DNA of 63,802 bases, counting the filler, from Octopus bimaculoides (taxonomy: Eukaryota): the NCBI RefSeq assembly GCF_001194135.2. It is 6 parts of 5 records of this genome, joined end to end, with 100 filler letters (N's around TTAATTAATTAA, not from the genome) between each part and the next. Parts side by side here need not be neighbours in the genome. Positions count along the whole stretch, not along the records: positions 1 to 8,914 come from NC_068986.1; positions 9,015 to 26,603 come from NC_068996.1; 4 more parts are not named here. One strand, written 5' to 3'. The translations under genes and the position numbers were made by a program. This document shows positions 1 to 12,071 of this stretch, in pieces. The stretch's first letter is position 1, and each line of letters begins with the position of its first letter. The notes beneath the pieces are model-generated. The model was not told where the DNA came from. It did not search any database and was given only the letters and a program-made list of their open reading frames with translations.

Positions 1-38
1 TATGACCGAGTATATACTCGAGTATATACTCGGTCATA
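1..38. repeat. Perfect 38-bp palindrome
   Basis: TATGACCGAGTATATACTCGAGTATATACTCGGTCATA equals its own reverse complement. Confidence 0.95.
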
Positions 39-420
39 ATGTCTTACGTTTAAGATGATTCCCATGCATTCCCCGAAGAGAAGGTTACAATTTTAACACC
101 ACAGATCCCTATGGATCACATGGGTTGTAATCCTTTGAAACATATGTAGGAATAAAGTATGCAATTATAACATGCGTTTTCTCCATTCTTTAAATTTTTA
201 AATATACTCAAATACCCAAAATTTCAAGTAGTTCCTGCCTTAAAAACAAGAACTACACCACAGTTATTTTGTGTTCTTTGCTACATTGGTTTCTATTAAC
301 CCATTTATTCTATCCGAAGAATTTTTATTCATTAAGATAGAAGAAATACATATAATTATATATATATATATATATATACAGCCACTCCTGTGCCTATATA
401 TATATATTTGTATACCTACA

Positions 421-451
<31 letters not shown>

Positions 452-731
452 TGCAACCATATTTATACATTTATTTACATGTGCATATGCGCGCACTTAG
501 TGTATGTATATATATGTACGTGTCCTATGAGTAGGAGATTCATGTATGTTTCTATGTAGCTATGCATATGGATGCTTGTATGGCGTTACGATTTCATTTT
601 ATTTTTGTCTCATTTTTCAGCCGATGTTTCTACTCTTTTTTCCCCACTCCTCGTTCTTTTGTTTCCAATGTCTTTTCCTAACGTTTATATTTCTAATGGT
701 TTTGGGCTTTTTTCATGCATTTTTTAATTCA

Positions 732-775
<44 letters not shown>

Positions 776-789
776 GCACCCACACACTC

Positions 790-836
<47 letters not shown>

Positions 837-885
837 GATAGATATTATATATGTGAATATATACATTCTTTCTTTATCTCGGCAG

Positions 886-1108
886 GTATTGGCTATGCAA
901 TCGGTGTGACAAGCTTCGTGGTCGGTTTATATTACAACACAATTATCGCGTGGGCCGTATTTTACCTATTTTCTTCGTTTACGGCCGACTTGCCTTGGTC
1001 ATCTTGCAACAACACATGGAACACCGAAAACTGTATATCACTTGCTGGTGATCTCAACAATACCATATTCACGAACACTTCTGTAAGTTCGGCAGATGAA
1101 TATTACAA
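886..1108 (+). CDS. SLC6A4: SLC6 monoamine transporter (SERT/SLC6A4-like), internal exon: TM3 and first part of EL2
   Basis: ggcag|GT ATT GGC ... TAC AA|gtgagt; translates (G)[49 protein letters not shown]...SSADEYY. Has the SLC6 YYN motif, PW-x-x-C-x8-C disulfide loop and three N-x-S/T sequons. Phase 1 start and phase 2 end match the human SLC6A4 intron positions as I recall them. The family call is firm; which SERT paralog is not. Confidence 0.95.
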
Positions 1109-1302
1109 GTGAGTATCCCCCGTTCCTCATCTCTGCCACACCTGTTATTCAGCCTCTTTTCAGACAAGAATGACAGTTTGTAACGTGAAAAATAATTAGA
1201 AGATTGAGTGGGAAGACACGTGGTTGCGTTTTGAGGGTAATGACCTTGTTTTCGTTTGGTCGTAGATTTAACTCTGAGGTCTGGCAATGCGTTCTTTTCT
1301 AA

Positions 1303-2010
1303 GCAAGGCTCTGTGGTTAAGAAGCTTGCTTCCCAGCCACGTGGCCTTGGGTTCAATCCTATTGTGTGGCACCTTGAGTAAGCGTTTTCTGCTTTAGCTT
1401 TGGCTCGAACGAAGATTTTGACGAAAACTGAAAGAAGCCCATTGTTTATATGTGTATAGACGAGAGTGTGTGTGTGTGTGTGTGTGTGCGTGTGTGTGNN
1501 NNNNNNNNNNNNNNNNNNNNNNNNNNNNNNNNNNNNNNNNNNNNNNNNNNNNNNNNNNNNNNNNNNNNNNNNNNNNNNNNNNNNNNNNNNNNNNNNNNNN
1601 NNNNNNNNNNNNNNNNNNNNNNNNNNNNNNNNNNNNNNNNNNNNNNNNNNNNNNNNNNNNNNNNNNNNNNNNNNNNNNNNNNNNNNNNNNNNNNNNNNNN
1701 NNNNNNNNNNNNNNNNNNNNNNNNNNNNNNNNNNNNNNNNNNNNNNNNNNNNNNNNNNNNNNNNNNNNNNNNNNNNNNNNNNNNNNNGGGTGTATGCGTG
1801 TGTGTCTTCGTATTTGCGTTTGTATATTTCCTCCACCACACCACTTGACAACCGGTGTTTGTTTACGTCCCACGTAACTTAGCGGTTCGGCGATAGAATA
1901 ACTACCAAGCTTTAGAAATAAGCGCTGGGGTCGATTTGATCAACAAATACTTCAAGGCGGTGCCCCAGCATGGCCGCAGCTCAATGGCAGAAACAAGTGA
2001 AAAGTGAAGA
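1303..2010 (+). mobile_element. tRNA-type SINE family A (internal microsatellite, N gap)
   Basis: tRNA-like head (gtggttaagaagcttgcttcccagcc...gggttcaatcc), ggaaactgaaagaagccc core, internal (TG)n, 3' ggcggtgccccagcatggccgcag...gaaacaagt. Confidence 0.8.
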
Positions 2011-2259
2011 CCCTTGATTTCCCGTTACTCCAGTCTGCTCGAGAGGTAAATCGTGTTTTCTCATTCACTTAAATGGCTCAGAAACTGGAGTCCGTTCTGG
2101 CCTGGTGAGCGTCTACGCTGAAGACTTACTACTTATACTCAATATGGAATGTCAAGAAAATTATAAAAAACTAATTATTATTAATGAGACGAGTTCAGCA
2201 TTAGATAAATATTTCTCAAAAAGTTGTTTAAATATGTTCTTTTATGTTCTTTTATGCAG

Positions 2260-2398
2260 TCGCAAAGTTCTGGAATCCCATCTGTCTAATGGAGTTGAAG
2301 ATATTGGTCCGATTAAGGGACCAATTGTTGGATGTCTCGCTGCAACTTTTATCGTCGTTTACTTTTCTTTGTGGAAAGGAATCAAGTCTTCAGGAAAG
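2260..2398 (+). CDS. SLC6A4: SERT-like transporter exon: end of EL2, TM4, IL2
   Basis: tttatgcag|T CGC AAA ... GGA AAG|gttaga; (N)RKVLESHLSNGVEDIGPIKGPIVGCLAATFIVVYFSLWKGIKSSGK. Closely resembles Drosophila SERT RKVLESYKGNG..GP.K..VYFSLWKGV.S.GK. 139 nt keeps frame with the neighbouring exons. Confidence 0.95.
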
Positions 2399-2431
2399 GT
2401 TAGATTATTATAACTGTTGTTGCTGTTGTCG

Positions 2432-2470
<39 letters not shown>

Positions 2471-3199
2471 TTTCGCAAGTACATGCTAATTTAATCAGCA
2501 GGTATTTTATCTTGAGGTTTGGGGGACAAAATGTCTCCTCAAATCTCAAGCCGGCGCGAGTTGGTTGAATATTTAGCTTGGAATCTGGCTCGGGGCAGAC
2601 CCCCAAATAAGTAGGGACTGGAACGAGGTCATGAAGAAAGGGATCAGTTCCATCCTGAAACGGTCTGAGAAGACGTTATTCCTGAAAAGCTATACCATCC
2701 CAACTAATATCTATTACCATCTCACAGCCGTATTTTGTCTCAGTTTCCATCTGACTAAACCGCAGCGTATGATCTTTCGCTTCTTGTAGAACGGAGATGA
2801 TCTTCTGGTCTGAAGGTTCAAATGCCGCTAATACCCTTTGTGGAGATGTTTCGATATGCTACGACTGGTGGGTTACTGGCAGGCATTGAGGTTAAATCCT
2901 TTTCACGGAACAGTGAGGGGTGGTCACCGTTGGTGAGGCATGTTTTTCTACTGGTCGTCTCTTTGATGGAATCTCAGTCCCGAATCAAGCGTTGACCAAG
3001 ATCAAGCATCTAGCATCTGGGATATTGTTTGACGCTCAAAGTTCCCTAACAAATAGATAGCCCAGTCGAGAGTCGGTCGAAGGTCGGTCAGCTTTTGCAT
3101 TTTGAAGGCGGTTAGTGGTAGGTGACAGTGACAATCTTATCTGGGAAAGACTGGGCATTGACGTAGATCAACTGAACAGCTTATTCCAATGACTATCAA

Positions 3200-3365
3200 C
3201 CCAGAGACTACAGTCGATACAGTTCTATATTTAAGAGTTGAGGAATTATATACATTATTTACATTATTTACATTTGACGAATGTTTGTCCTCATCTTGTT
3301 TGTTGTTAACACAACGTTTCGTCTGATATACTCTCCAGCCTTCATCGGGTGTCTGGGGGAATAGG
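3200..3365 (-). mobile_element. Short repeat with decayed hammerhead-like motif
   Basis: Minus strand CCGAUGA-AGGCUG..CAGAC-GAAAC-GUUGU-GUU (3305-3348). U4 is changed to C and there is no convincing stem I. Boundaries approximate. Confidence 0.35.
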
Positions 3366-3728
3366 CCATTGCGCCTCCACGATAGATAAAATGCAGCAAT
3401 GAAATAGAACGATGGTAAAAAGTTCTTCTGAAGACCCACTTACTACCATCGCCTACATTTCCTAGGCCTCTTTCTTCACCTTCTTTGTACTCCCTAACGC
3501 TACAGTACCCCCAATCCTTGTTTGAAACAAAATCGTTAGATGAAAAATGAAATCATAAGTAACAGTCATAAATATTGTATTATCATAAACTTCAGCAACA
3601 GTCATAATCAGTGTGTTACCTTATTTTACTAATAGTCATAACTACTGAGATATCATAATTATAGTAACAGTCATAAGTATTATATTTTTCGTAACAGTCA
3701 TAACTGCAAAGACCTTTCTACCTCGCAG

Positions 3729-3863
3729 GCAGTCTGGATCACAGCCACCGTACCTTACATCGTAATTGTCATCCTGCTCATTAGGGGCTGCACCCTTCCT
3801 GGTTCCAGTGATGGGATCCTTTACTACTTGAGACCCAAATGGCATAAACTGAAGAATTTGCAG
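3729..3863 (+). CDS. SLC6A4: SERT-like transporter exon: TM5 and EL3
   Basis: cctcgcag|GCA GTC TGG ... TTG CAG|gtgagt; AVWITATVPYIVIVILLIRGCTLPGSSDGILYYLRPKWHKLKNLQ. 135 nt, phase 0/0. Not called as a + strand ORF in the supplied track because it lacks a start codon. Confidence 0.95.
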
Positions 3864-4189
3864 GTGAGTGGATGTTCTGTTTATATTGATGTCCCTTTCA
3901 GTCACACACCCACACAGGTCTAGGCACAAACACACTACTTGTAGACACACACACACACATGCACACACACACACACTAACATATTCATACAAACATACAT
4001 TGATATACACACATATACACAGTATTTCTACTATTCACACATAAACGTAACATATACTGACTAGCAATAACAATCTAGTACACATAGAAGCTAAACACAC
4101 ATACATACGCACACATACACACACACACATACACACTCGCATATGCACATTCGTGCGTAAGTTACATAAAATATATACATTCATACATA

Positions 4190-4354
4190 TAGGCGCAGGA
4201 GAGGCTGTTTAGTAAGTAGCTTGCTTACCAACCATATAGTACCGGGTTCAGTCCCACTGTGTGGCACCTTGGGCAAGTGTCTTCTACTATAGTCTCGGGC
4301 CGACCAATGCCTTGTGAGTGAATTTGGTAGACGGAAACTGAAAGAAGCCCATCG

Positions 4355-4406
<52 letters not shown>

Positions 4407-4596
4407 TCCCCTCACCATCGCTTGACAACCGATGCTGGTGTGTTTACGTCCTCGTAACTAGCGGTTCGGCAAGAGAGACTGATAGAATAAATACTAGGCT
4501 TACAAAGAATAAGCCCTGGGGTCGATTTTCTCGACTAAAGGCGGTGCTCCAGCACGGCCGCAGTCAAATGACTGAAACATTAAAGAATAAAAGAAT
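4190..4596 (+). mobile_element. SINE family A, full length
   Basis: taggcgcaggagaggctg...gggttcagtcccactg...ccttgggcaagtgtcttctactatag...gactgaaacattaaagaataaaag. Confidence 0.9.
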
Positions 4597-4618
4597 ATGC
4601 ACATCCATCAATCTATAG

Positions 4619-4655
<37 letters not shown>

Positions 4656-4823
4656 TCTAACGCTACACAAGTCGTGTGTGTTTACAATAGAGAGAGGATC
4701 TGCTTCAGTCACATGCAGCCATCACTTCCGGTTGCTGAAAGATATTTCCGTTTTCAACAACAATAAAAATATTCCAAACATATTGTTTCTCAAGGTTTTG
4801 ACATATGGTCAAACATCTTCATT

Positions 4824-4889
4824 GTGCCACCATTACTACTACTACTTCTACTATTACTACAAGTATCGCTGCTACTGCTACTACTACTA

Positions 4890-4941
<52 letters not shown>

Positions 4942-5290
4942 GTTATAATCTCTTGTGGTTTATATCATATTTACACACATTTCAAACTACATTTCATGTT
5001 TATTATCTTCGCCATCATCTTCAGCAGCAGCAGCAGCAGTTACATCAGCACAAACACCGTCAACACCACTATCAGCAGCAGTGGGACCACTAAAACCACC
5101 ACCACCACCACAATCATCATCAACATCATCGTCATCGTCATTATCGTCGTTGTCATCATCATCATCGTCATCATCTTCCTCCTCCGCATCATCATCATTA
5201 TTATCGTCATCGTCATCATCATCATCATCATCATCACCACCACCACCATCATTATCGTCATCGTCACCATCATCATCATCGTCATCATCT
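4824..5290. repeat. Compound trinucleotide microsatellite (CTA/CTG/CAG/CAC/CAT) in the intron before the TM6 exon
   Basis: Directly visible. Confidence 0.95.
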
Positions 5291-5316
5291 CTCTCTTTCT
5301 CTCTCTATCCCAACAG

Positions 5317-5420
5317 GTATGGGTGGACGCTGCATCACAGATCTGTTTCTCCCTGGGGACAGGCTTTGGCACCTTAATCGCTCTCTCCAGCTACAACAAG
5401 TTTAACAACAACAGCTACCT
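5317..5420 (+). CDS. SLC6A4: SERT-like transporter exon: TM6 and IL3
   Basis: caacag|GTA TGG ... TAC CT|gtaaga; [34 protein letters not shown](L). DAASQ and [16 protein letters not shown] match invertebrate SERT. Ends in phase 2. Confidence 0.95.
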
Positions 5421-5745
5421 GTAAGATATGACGTCACACTTATAACCTAACTTCTTTTTTACATGAGTTTCTGTTTTAACGGGGGGAATTGGGGGCCGAT
5501 AAAGGGGTCACGGTAGAGGGGTAGGGTGAGAAGGTGTTGTGGAAGAGGCTTTGGGGCGAGTGTGGCTGAAAGGGTGGAGGAGGACAAATTAAAGCAGAAA
5601 TACAAAGGGCGAAAGAGGATTCTTGGTAATGTAGAGGTAATATACCGAGACGTAAATGAATATATGTGAGTTCGAATTGCACTGATTCTCGCAATTCAAT
5701 TATATTCTCTCTCATAAAAGTACTTTCTCTCTCTCCTTCTCTCTC

Positions 5746-5778
<33 letters not shown>

Positions 5779-6194
5779 CTTCTCTCTCCTCTCTCTCTTT
5801 CTCTCAGCACGTTTTGATTATTTAAATAAGTAAATATGATTTCCTCGTTCAATCCTAGGTTAACCAGCAATAAATTTAATGTGTGTGTGCTTGTGCAAAT
5901 GTATGCGTGTATGTGCATGTGTATGTGTGTGTATATGTGTGTGTAGTGTGTGTGGTGTGTGTGTCTGTGTCTCTGTGTGTCTCTGTGTGTGTCTGTGTGT
6001 GTGTGTAGTATAAGATGTAGATACAGAGAACTGTGTAGTTGTCACAGAAAGCTCCTCTTACGGACTCGGCTAACAGTTCACATAATAATCTAATACAATG
6101 AAGTGTTATATACAGAGTCCATGCAGCTGAAACCCAGAAGATCCGATCGATGAAATTATTTCATGAGGAATTTATAAACTATAAAGTCAGTAGG

Positions 6195-6486
6195 TATGAG
6201 AAGTGAATATATGTTTATTTAATCACGTGACATCTGTGGGTTTACAGCCGTTTCGCAAACTGCTTCATTAGTATTAATTTCCGCGTGGAAAAAAATATAT
6301 GTAAATGTTTACATTGATGTGCATGCTCAGTATACAAACATGCTAATGATCTGATGAGCTAGCTTTCTTTATTTGCATTGTTTTGTGAATATAGAATTAT
6401 ATTGTATAATATATGAAGAAAATTACGAAACGGCCGTAAACTTAAGGAAGCCATGTGGTTAAATAAATATATATTCATCTCTCATA
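6195..6486. mobile_element. ~290-bp mini-element with inverted termini carrying decayed hammerhead-like motifs (PLE-derived?)
   Basis: Arms 6195-6255 and 6426-6486 are imperfect reverse complements. The minus strand reads CUAAUGA-A-GCAguuUGC-GAAAC-GGCU-GUA (6240-6271). The plus strand reads UGAAGA...C-GAAAC-GGCC-GUA (6413-6438). Confidence 0.5.
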
Positions 6487-6588
6487 TCTCCTAATTTTTA
6501 TGGCTTATGCTCACACACACGCACAGATACACGCGCTCGCCCACACATACATATATGGTGAGCAAAAGTGTACGTGTGCTGCTATATA

Positions 6589-6790
6589 CTCTTTTACTCT
6601 TTTACTTGTTTCAGTCATTTGACTGCGGCCGTGCTGGAGCACCGCCTTTAGTCGAGCAGAGCGAGCCCAGGACTTATTCTTTGTAAGCTTAGTACTTATT
6701 CTATCGGTCCCTTTTGCCGAACTGCTAATTTACGGGGACGTAAACACACCAGTATCGGTTGTCAAGCGATGTTGGGGGGACAAACACAGA
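6589..6790 (-). mobile_element. SINE family A, 3' half
   Basis: Reverse complement aligns to 4400-4590. Confidence 0.85.
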
Positions 6791-7159
6791 CGCACAAACA
6801 TATATACACACATACATACATACATACATACATATANNNNNNNNNNNNNNNNNNNNNNNNNNNNNNNNNNNNNNNNNNNNNNNNNNNNNNNNNNNNNNNN
6901 NNNNNNNNNNNNNNNNNNNNNNNNNNNNNNNNNNNNNNNNNNNNNNNNNNNNNNNNNNNNNNNNNNNNNNNNNNNNNNNNNNNNNNNNNNNNNNNNNNNN
7001 NNNNNNNNNNNNNNNNNNNNNNNNNNNNNNNNNNNNNNNNNNNNNNNNNNNNNNNNNNNNNNNNNNNNNNNNNNNNNNNNNNNNNNNNNNNNNNNNNNNN
7101 NNNNNNNNNNNNNNNNNNNNNNNNNNNNNNNNNNNNNNNNNNNNNNNNNNNNNNNNNNN

Positions 7160-7216
<57 letters not shown>

Positions 7217-8108
7217 TCTCCCTCCCTCTCTCTCTTTGCCTACTCTCTCTCCAACTCTCATTTTTCCTCTCTTACGCTCTGAAGAACGCAATTGAGAACA
7301 GTTTGTCTACATTCAACTGTTTATTGTTTTTTTTTTATGAGAGACAGACAGACAGACAGAATAACTGACAACTAAGTTTGGAAAATTTTATGAGAACTCT
7401 GCTGCGATTTTAACCATTTGCAGCAGGTCTATTGTTCGGGGATGGGATAGGGGAGAGAGAGGATGATATCGCTTGACCACTGTGTCTATTAACATAGCGA
7501 GCCAACTCTATATTAATTGAATGTACATTTGTGAGCATATCACGTGAGATGTGTGTGTGTGCGCGCGTGTGTGCACGAATGCGAGAGTGTCTCTGTATGT
7601 CTGTGTATACACACACTCAACTATACTTAACTCTACTCAAGAGTTAAGTCCGACGCAACTTCTGAAATACTTGTCTCTCTCTCTCTCACTTTCTCTTTTT
7701 CTTCTTTTCTTTCCTTCTTTCTTTCTTTCTCTCTCTTTCTCTCTCTTTTTCTATGTCTATCTCTCCTTCACTCTCACACGGATTCAACCATTTCCCTCCC
7801 ACATTCACTCATTCAATTATCCCCAGTCAGACTCCCTCTTCCTCTTCCTCTTCCTCTCTATCATTTCAACTACCCATCACCCCTTTATCTACCCCTTAAC
7901 CACATGCCACACACTGTCCACATCTCTACAGTAACACCACCACCACCACCACCACCACCACCACATCTCTATTACCTCCGGTTATCTAGACCAATGTCCA
8001 GTGAAGACCGACACCAATTTAGTTGAATGATACGTGAGGTCAAGTGGCCAACCTCGCCATGCTCCTGCATCCACTTGCTGACCAATTATTAATGACCGAC
8101 TGACCGAA

Positions 8109-8141
<33 letters not shown>

Positions 8142-8454
8142 ATATTTATATACACATTCACTCACAATCAGGTAAACAATCTCAATCTTCATTTATTTTA
8201 GCCTTGGCCCTTCTCAAGTGGCCCCATCCTTTAGGTCAGCCACTCACAGCAGGCTTCATATAAATAAAATCGTCATTGTATATAACATTACAAAAGCACT
8301 ACAGCGTTCCATCCATATATGCGTGTGTGTGCGTGTATGTATATATATATGTATATATGTGTATGTATGTATGTGTATATATATATGTGTGTGTATATAT
8401 ATTTATGCATATATGCCTTCATGTATGTATGTATGTATGTATGTATGTATGTAG

Positions 8455-8620
8455 GCACAGGCATCGCTGCGTGGTAAGAAGTTTGCTTCCCAACCACATG
8501 GTTCTGGGTTCAGTTCCTCTGCGTTGGCATTTCGGGCAAGTGTCTTCTAATATAGCTTCGGGTTGATCAAAACCTTGTAAGTAAATTTGATGGAGGAAAC
8601 TGAAAGAAACCCGTCCTACG
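8455..8620 (+). mobile_element. SINE family A, 5' half
   Basis: ggcacaggcatcgctgcgtggtaagaag...ggttcagttcc...ggcaagtgtcttct...ggaaactgaaagaaacccgtc. Confidence 0.8.
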
Positions 8621-8914
8621 TGTGTGTGTGTGAGTGTGTATGTGTGTGTATAGCAAAAGAACAAGAATGAACGGCTCAAATTTTCATGGCATAGTCATCA
8701 ATAATGTGTAATATTGCATAATATTACGTAACTTAACATTAGTGCATAACTTCACCATTTCATCAGGGGGTACGTTGCCAAGATAACCCACCTTAACATT
8801 ATAAGCGTTGAAACTTTTCAATGCTTATAATGGTGGTGGTTGTCGTCTTGTAGTGGATGTAGTCGTGCTTGTTGGGGTGGTGGTGGTGGTGGTTGGGGTG
8901 TTGTTGTTGTTGTT

Positions 8915-9014
8915 NNNNNNNNNNNNNNNNNNNNNNNNNNNNNNNNNNNNNNNNNNNNTTAATTAATTAANNNNNNNNNNNNNNNNNNNNNNNNNNNNNN
9001 NNNNNNNNNNNNNN
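8915..9014. other. Artificial scaffold spacer (44 N + TTAATTAATTAA + 44 N); also at 26604-26703, 33619-33718, 60799-60898 and 62355-62454
   Basis: Identical 100-bp construction five times; the 12-mer is palindromic and has stops in all six frames. Confidence 0.95.
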
Positions 9015-9342
9015 CGTTTTAAAATTTTGTAAACAGAGAGTTACTTAGGTTTCTTGCTTAAATAAAAGAAATTTTATTTAACAAACTGTGACACTAAAGA
9101 CCGAGGTTACCGTGGTCTTTTCGTAGGTTTTTCTTTCCACGGATAACCTCCCCATTTATTGGGAATTTTTGTATTATTTCGTATTTTTTGTAAATACCCC
9201 AAACGTTTTGCAATGTTCTTTTTTCATCGTTGTCCCCACTTTTGTTTTTTTTCTGCTTTGTTTTCGACCCCCTCGAAAAGAAAAACTCTACATTTGTATT
9301 TTGTCCCCTCTGTGTTGAGCCTTGTGTGGCTAATAAAGAAAC

Positions 9343-9672
<330 letters not shown>

Positions 9673-10461
9673 CCTAAATACCCATTAGTCTTTGTCTCAC
9701 TCAACCCGTGTCTTTACATTTATTATTCTATAGTTTTTCTGCGTCAGTTCGCTTACTTTTGTTATTATTCTTGTTTACGTCATTATCTACGACACACCTT
9801 TCTCTGTAATCCATTTATCTTCTATAATCTGACTTTATAACTCTTTAGCCTTTTCTCAATCCCTTACTATAAATATTTATGTATTCGAAATTATGTCGGT
9901 GCTTAACTTACATTACACATCTGCGTTTATCCATCCACCCATCTATCCATCCATCCATCCATCCATTTATTTATCTATCTGTTTGTCTGTCTATCCATCC
10001 ATTTATTTATGTGCATAGGGGATGTGTGTATATGTGTTAGTGAGTATATGCAAATATTACTCTTTCACTGTATCGAACAGACTACAGATAGGTATATTTT
10101 TTTTCACCTGGGTGAGCAGGTCAACATTACCGCTGGGGTGGAGACGAGGGGAAATAACGTGTAATATAAATGTTTTGCTCAAAACACACACCACCCCGAA
10201 AACCTGACCCTGCGATCGTCAGTGCACCACCCTAACTAAAAGGCCAAAGTCCTCTACACACGCTTAATGTATACATATACACACGCGCACACGCACTCGC
10301 ATACGCACACACACACACACGCTCACACATACATATAAGTTTCACTTTGAATATTGCGTAAACTGTTGTTGGAAGAAGAGTTTGTGCAGTAACGGATCAT
10401 TAAAGAAGCATTCAAGTATTTGTTTGTCTTATTTGAATTAGATACCTATATATGCATGTGC

Positions 10462-10497
<36 letters not shown>

Positions 10498-12071
10498 ATA
10501 AATATTTTATAATTATATACATAATTATGACAGGGGCTTGGCTTGCGCCTCACCACGCACTGAAAAATAGACGTCAAAAGACACTATTGCTTGTATAAAT
10601 TCACCGAGAAAAATACACTACATATAGGCTAGTAGAAGAAAGAAAATGAATTTATANNNNNNNNNNNNNNNNNNNNNNNNNNNNNNNNNNNNNNNNNNNN
10701 NNNNNNNNNNNNNNNNNNNNNNNNNNNNNNNNNNNNNNNNNNNNNNNNNNNNNNNNNNNNNNNNNNNNNNNNNNNNNNNNNNNNNNNNNNNAAAATAATA
10801 TGAACAGATAGACGATGCGAAGATGGACAGGAAGAACAATCAAAAGACGGATGGGAAAAAACAAGGACAGGTCCTTCAGAGCCTCCTCTTATCAGTTAAG
10901 TTACCAAATTATCCTTACAGGCATATTCAAGAAGAAGAAGAAGAAACTGGAAGAAAACGACAAAAGTCAGTTGGAAGTGCACAGTGAACAGATTGGATTA
11001 ACTTACAGTGAAAGTTTTAGATGGAAAAACTGGAGAGGAGATGATGTTTCGAGCAAGGCTCCTCGTCGGCGGGAATGAAAATGTCCAAGGGAAGAGAAAC
11101 AGAAGAAGGAGCAAATAGTCCGGAGGAAAGCGCGAGTGTCGGTACATGCCAAAAAAATAACTGACCGGAAATTGGATGTGGATAGAGAATGTTGTTTTTG
11201 AAGAATTGAGAGTGCAAAAACGGTCAGTGTGTGTATGCCTGATATTTGTGTATATGTGTATGTTTTTGTATGTGTAAGTGTGTGTGCGTTTGTATGTACG
11301 AGTTGCAAGTAATGTGGATAGTAGTATATGTGCACTTGCGTATTTATGTAGGCAATGTGTATGTGTGATGGTGGAACTAACAGATTGGTTGCAGAAGAAT
11401 GTAGCAATAGTAGTATGTGGGATCGAGAGGCCGGGCAATGTGTATTGTATCTGTGTGTGCGTATGTGAGTGTATGTATGTGTATGTGTGCGTGTGTGTGT
11501 TGGTGTGTGTATGTATGCATGTGTGTGCGTGTGTGCGTGTGTGTGCATCACTATGTCTGTATGTATGTTTGTGTGTTTATATTTGAGTGTGTACATGTAT
11601 ACGCGTGTCTGGGGAGTAAGTGTAAACTATGTATGTAAGTGTGTTGAAGCGTGTGGAAATGTGTGGAAGTCTGTGGAAGATAAGTGGAGAGAGAAAAGGA
11701 GGGGGAAAGAACAGTAAAGGAGGATGAGATCGGTGAGACAAGTGGAAGCTGGAAGCCCTCCCAAACAAACACTCGTCCAGGTGTGAAAATTCTAGCATCC
11801 TCTGAATATGAATGTCTGTTACACGTTGAACGATATCATGAGTTTATTTTCCCTTCGGCACTTCTGTTTTGGTGTGATGACCATCTACAGTGAGTAACGC
11901 GGCCAATTTTGGTCATTTAGCACAAATCATGTTTATCTTCATGAATTTTGTATGTCTTTTGTGAATATGCAAACCATATTTATTTCGAAGATGCTTTCGG
12001 TGTCAACTTCGTCTCATCCATCGCTGACTGAGACAAAATCTTGGCATTCATGTTGCCAGTATGTAATTGCT

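Noticed and set aside
4597-5424. 275-aa ORF running in frame into the TM6 exon
   Set aside because: The upstream part is translated microsatellite (poly-Q, Y, C, S, T, I). The true exon starts at the acceptor at 5317.
6351-6370. CTGATGAGCTAGC hammerhead core start
   Set aside because: No downstream GAAA/stem III/NUH at a compatible position.
8959-8970. TTAATTAATTAA as a biological motif
   Set aside because: Always centred in exactly 44+44 N; an assembly linker.
11781-11889. ccag...|gtgagt bounded segment of the size expected for the TM7 exon
   Set aside because: In the required phase it has a stop codon, and no frame resembles DAL.TS.INC.TSF.
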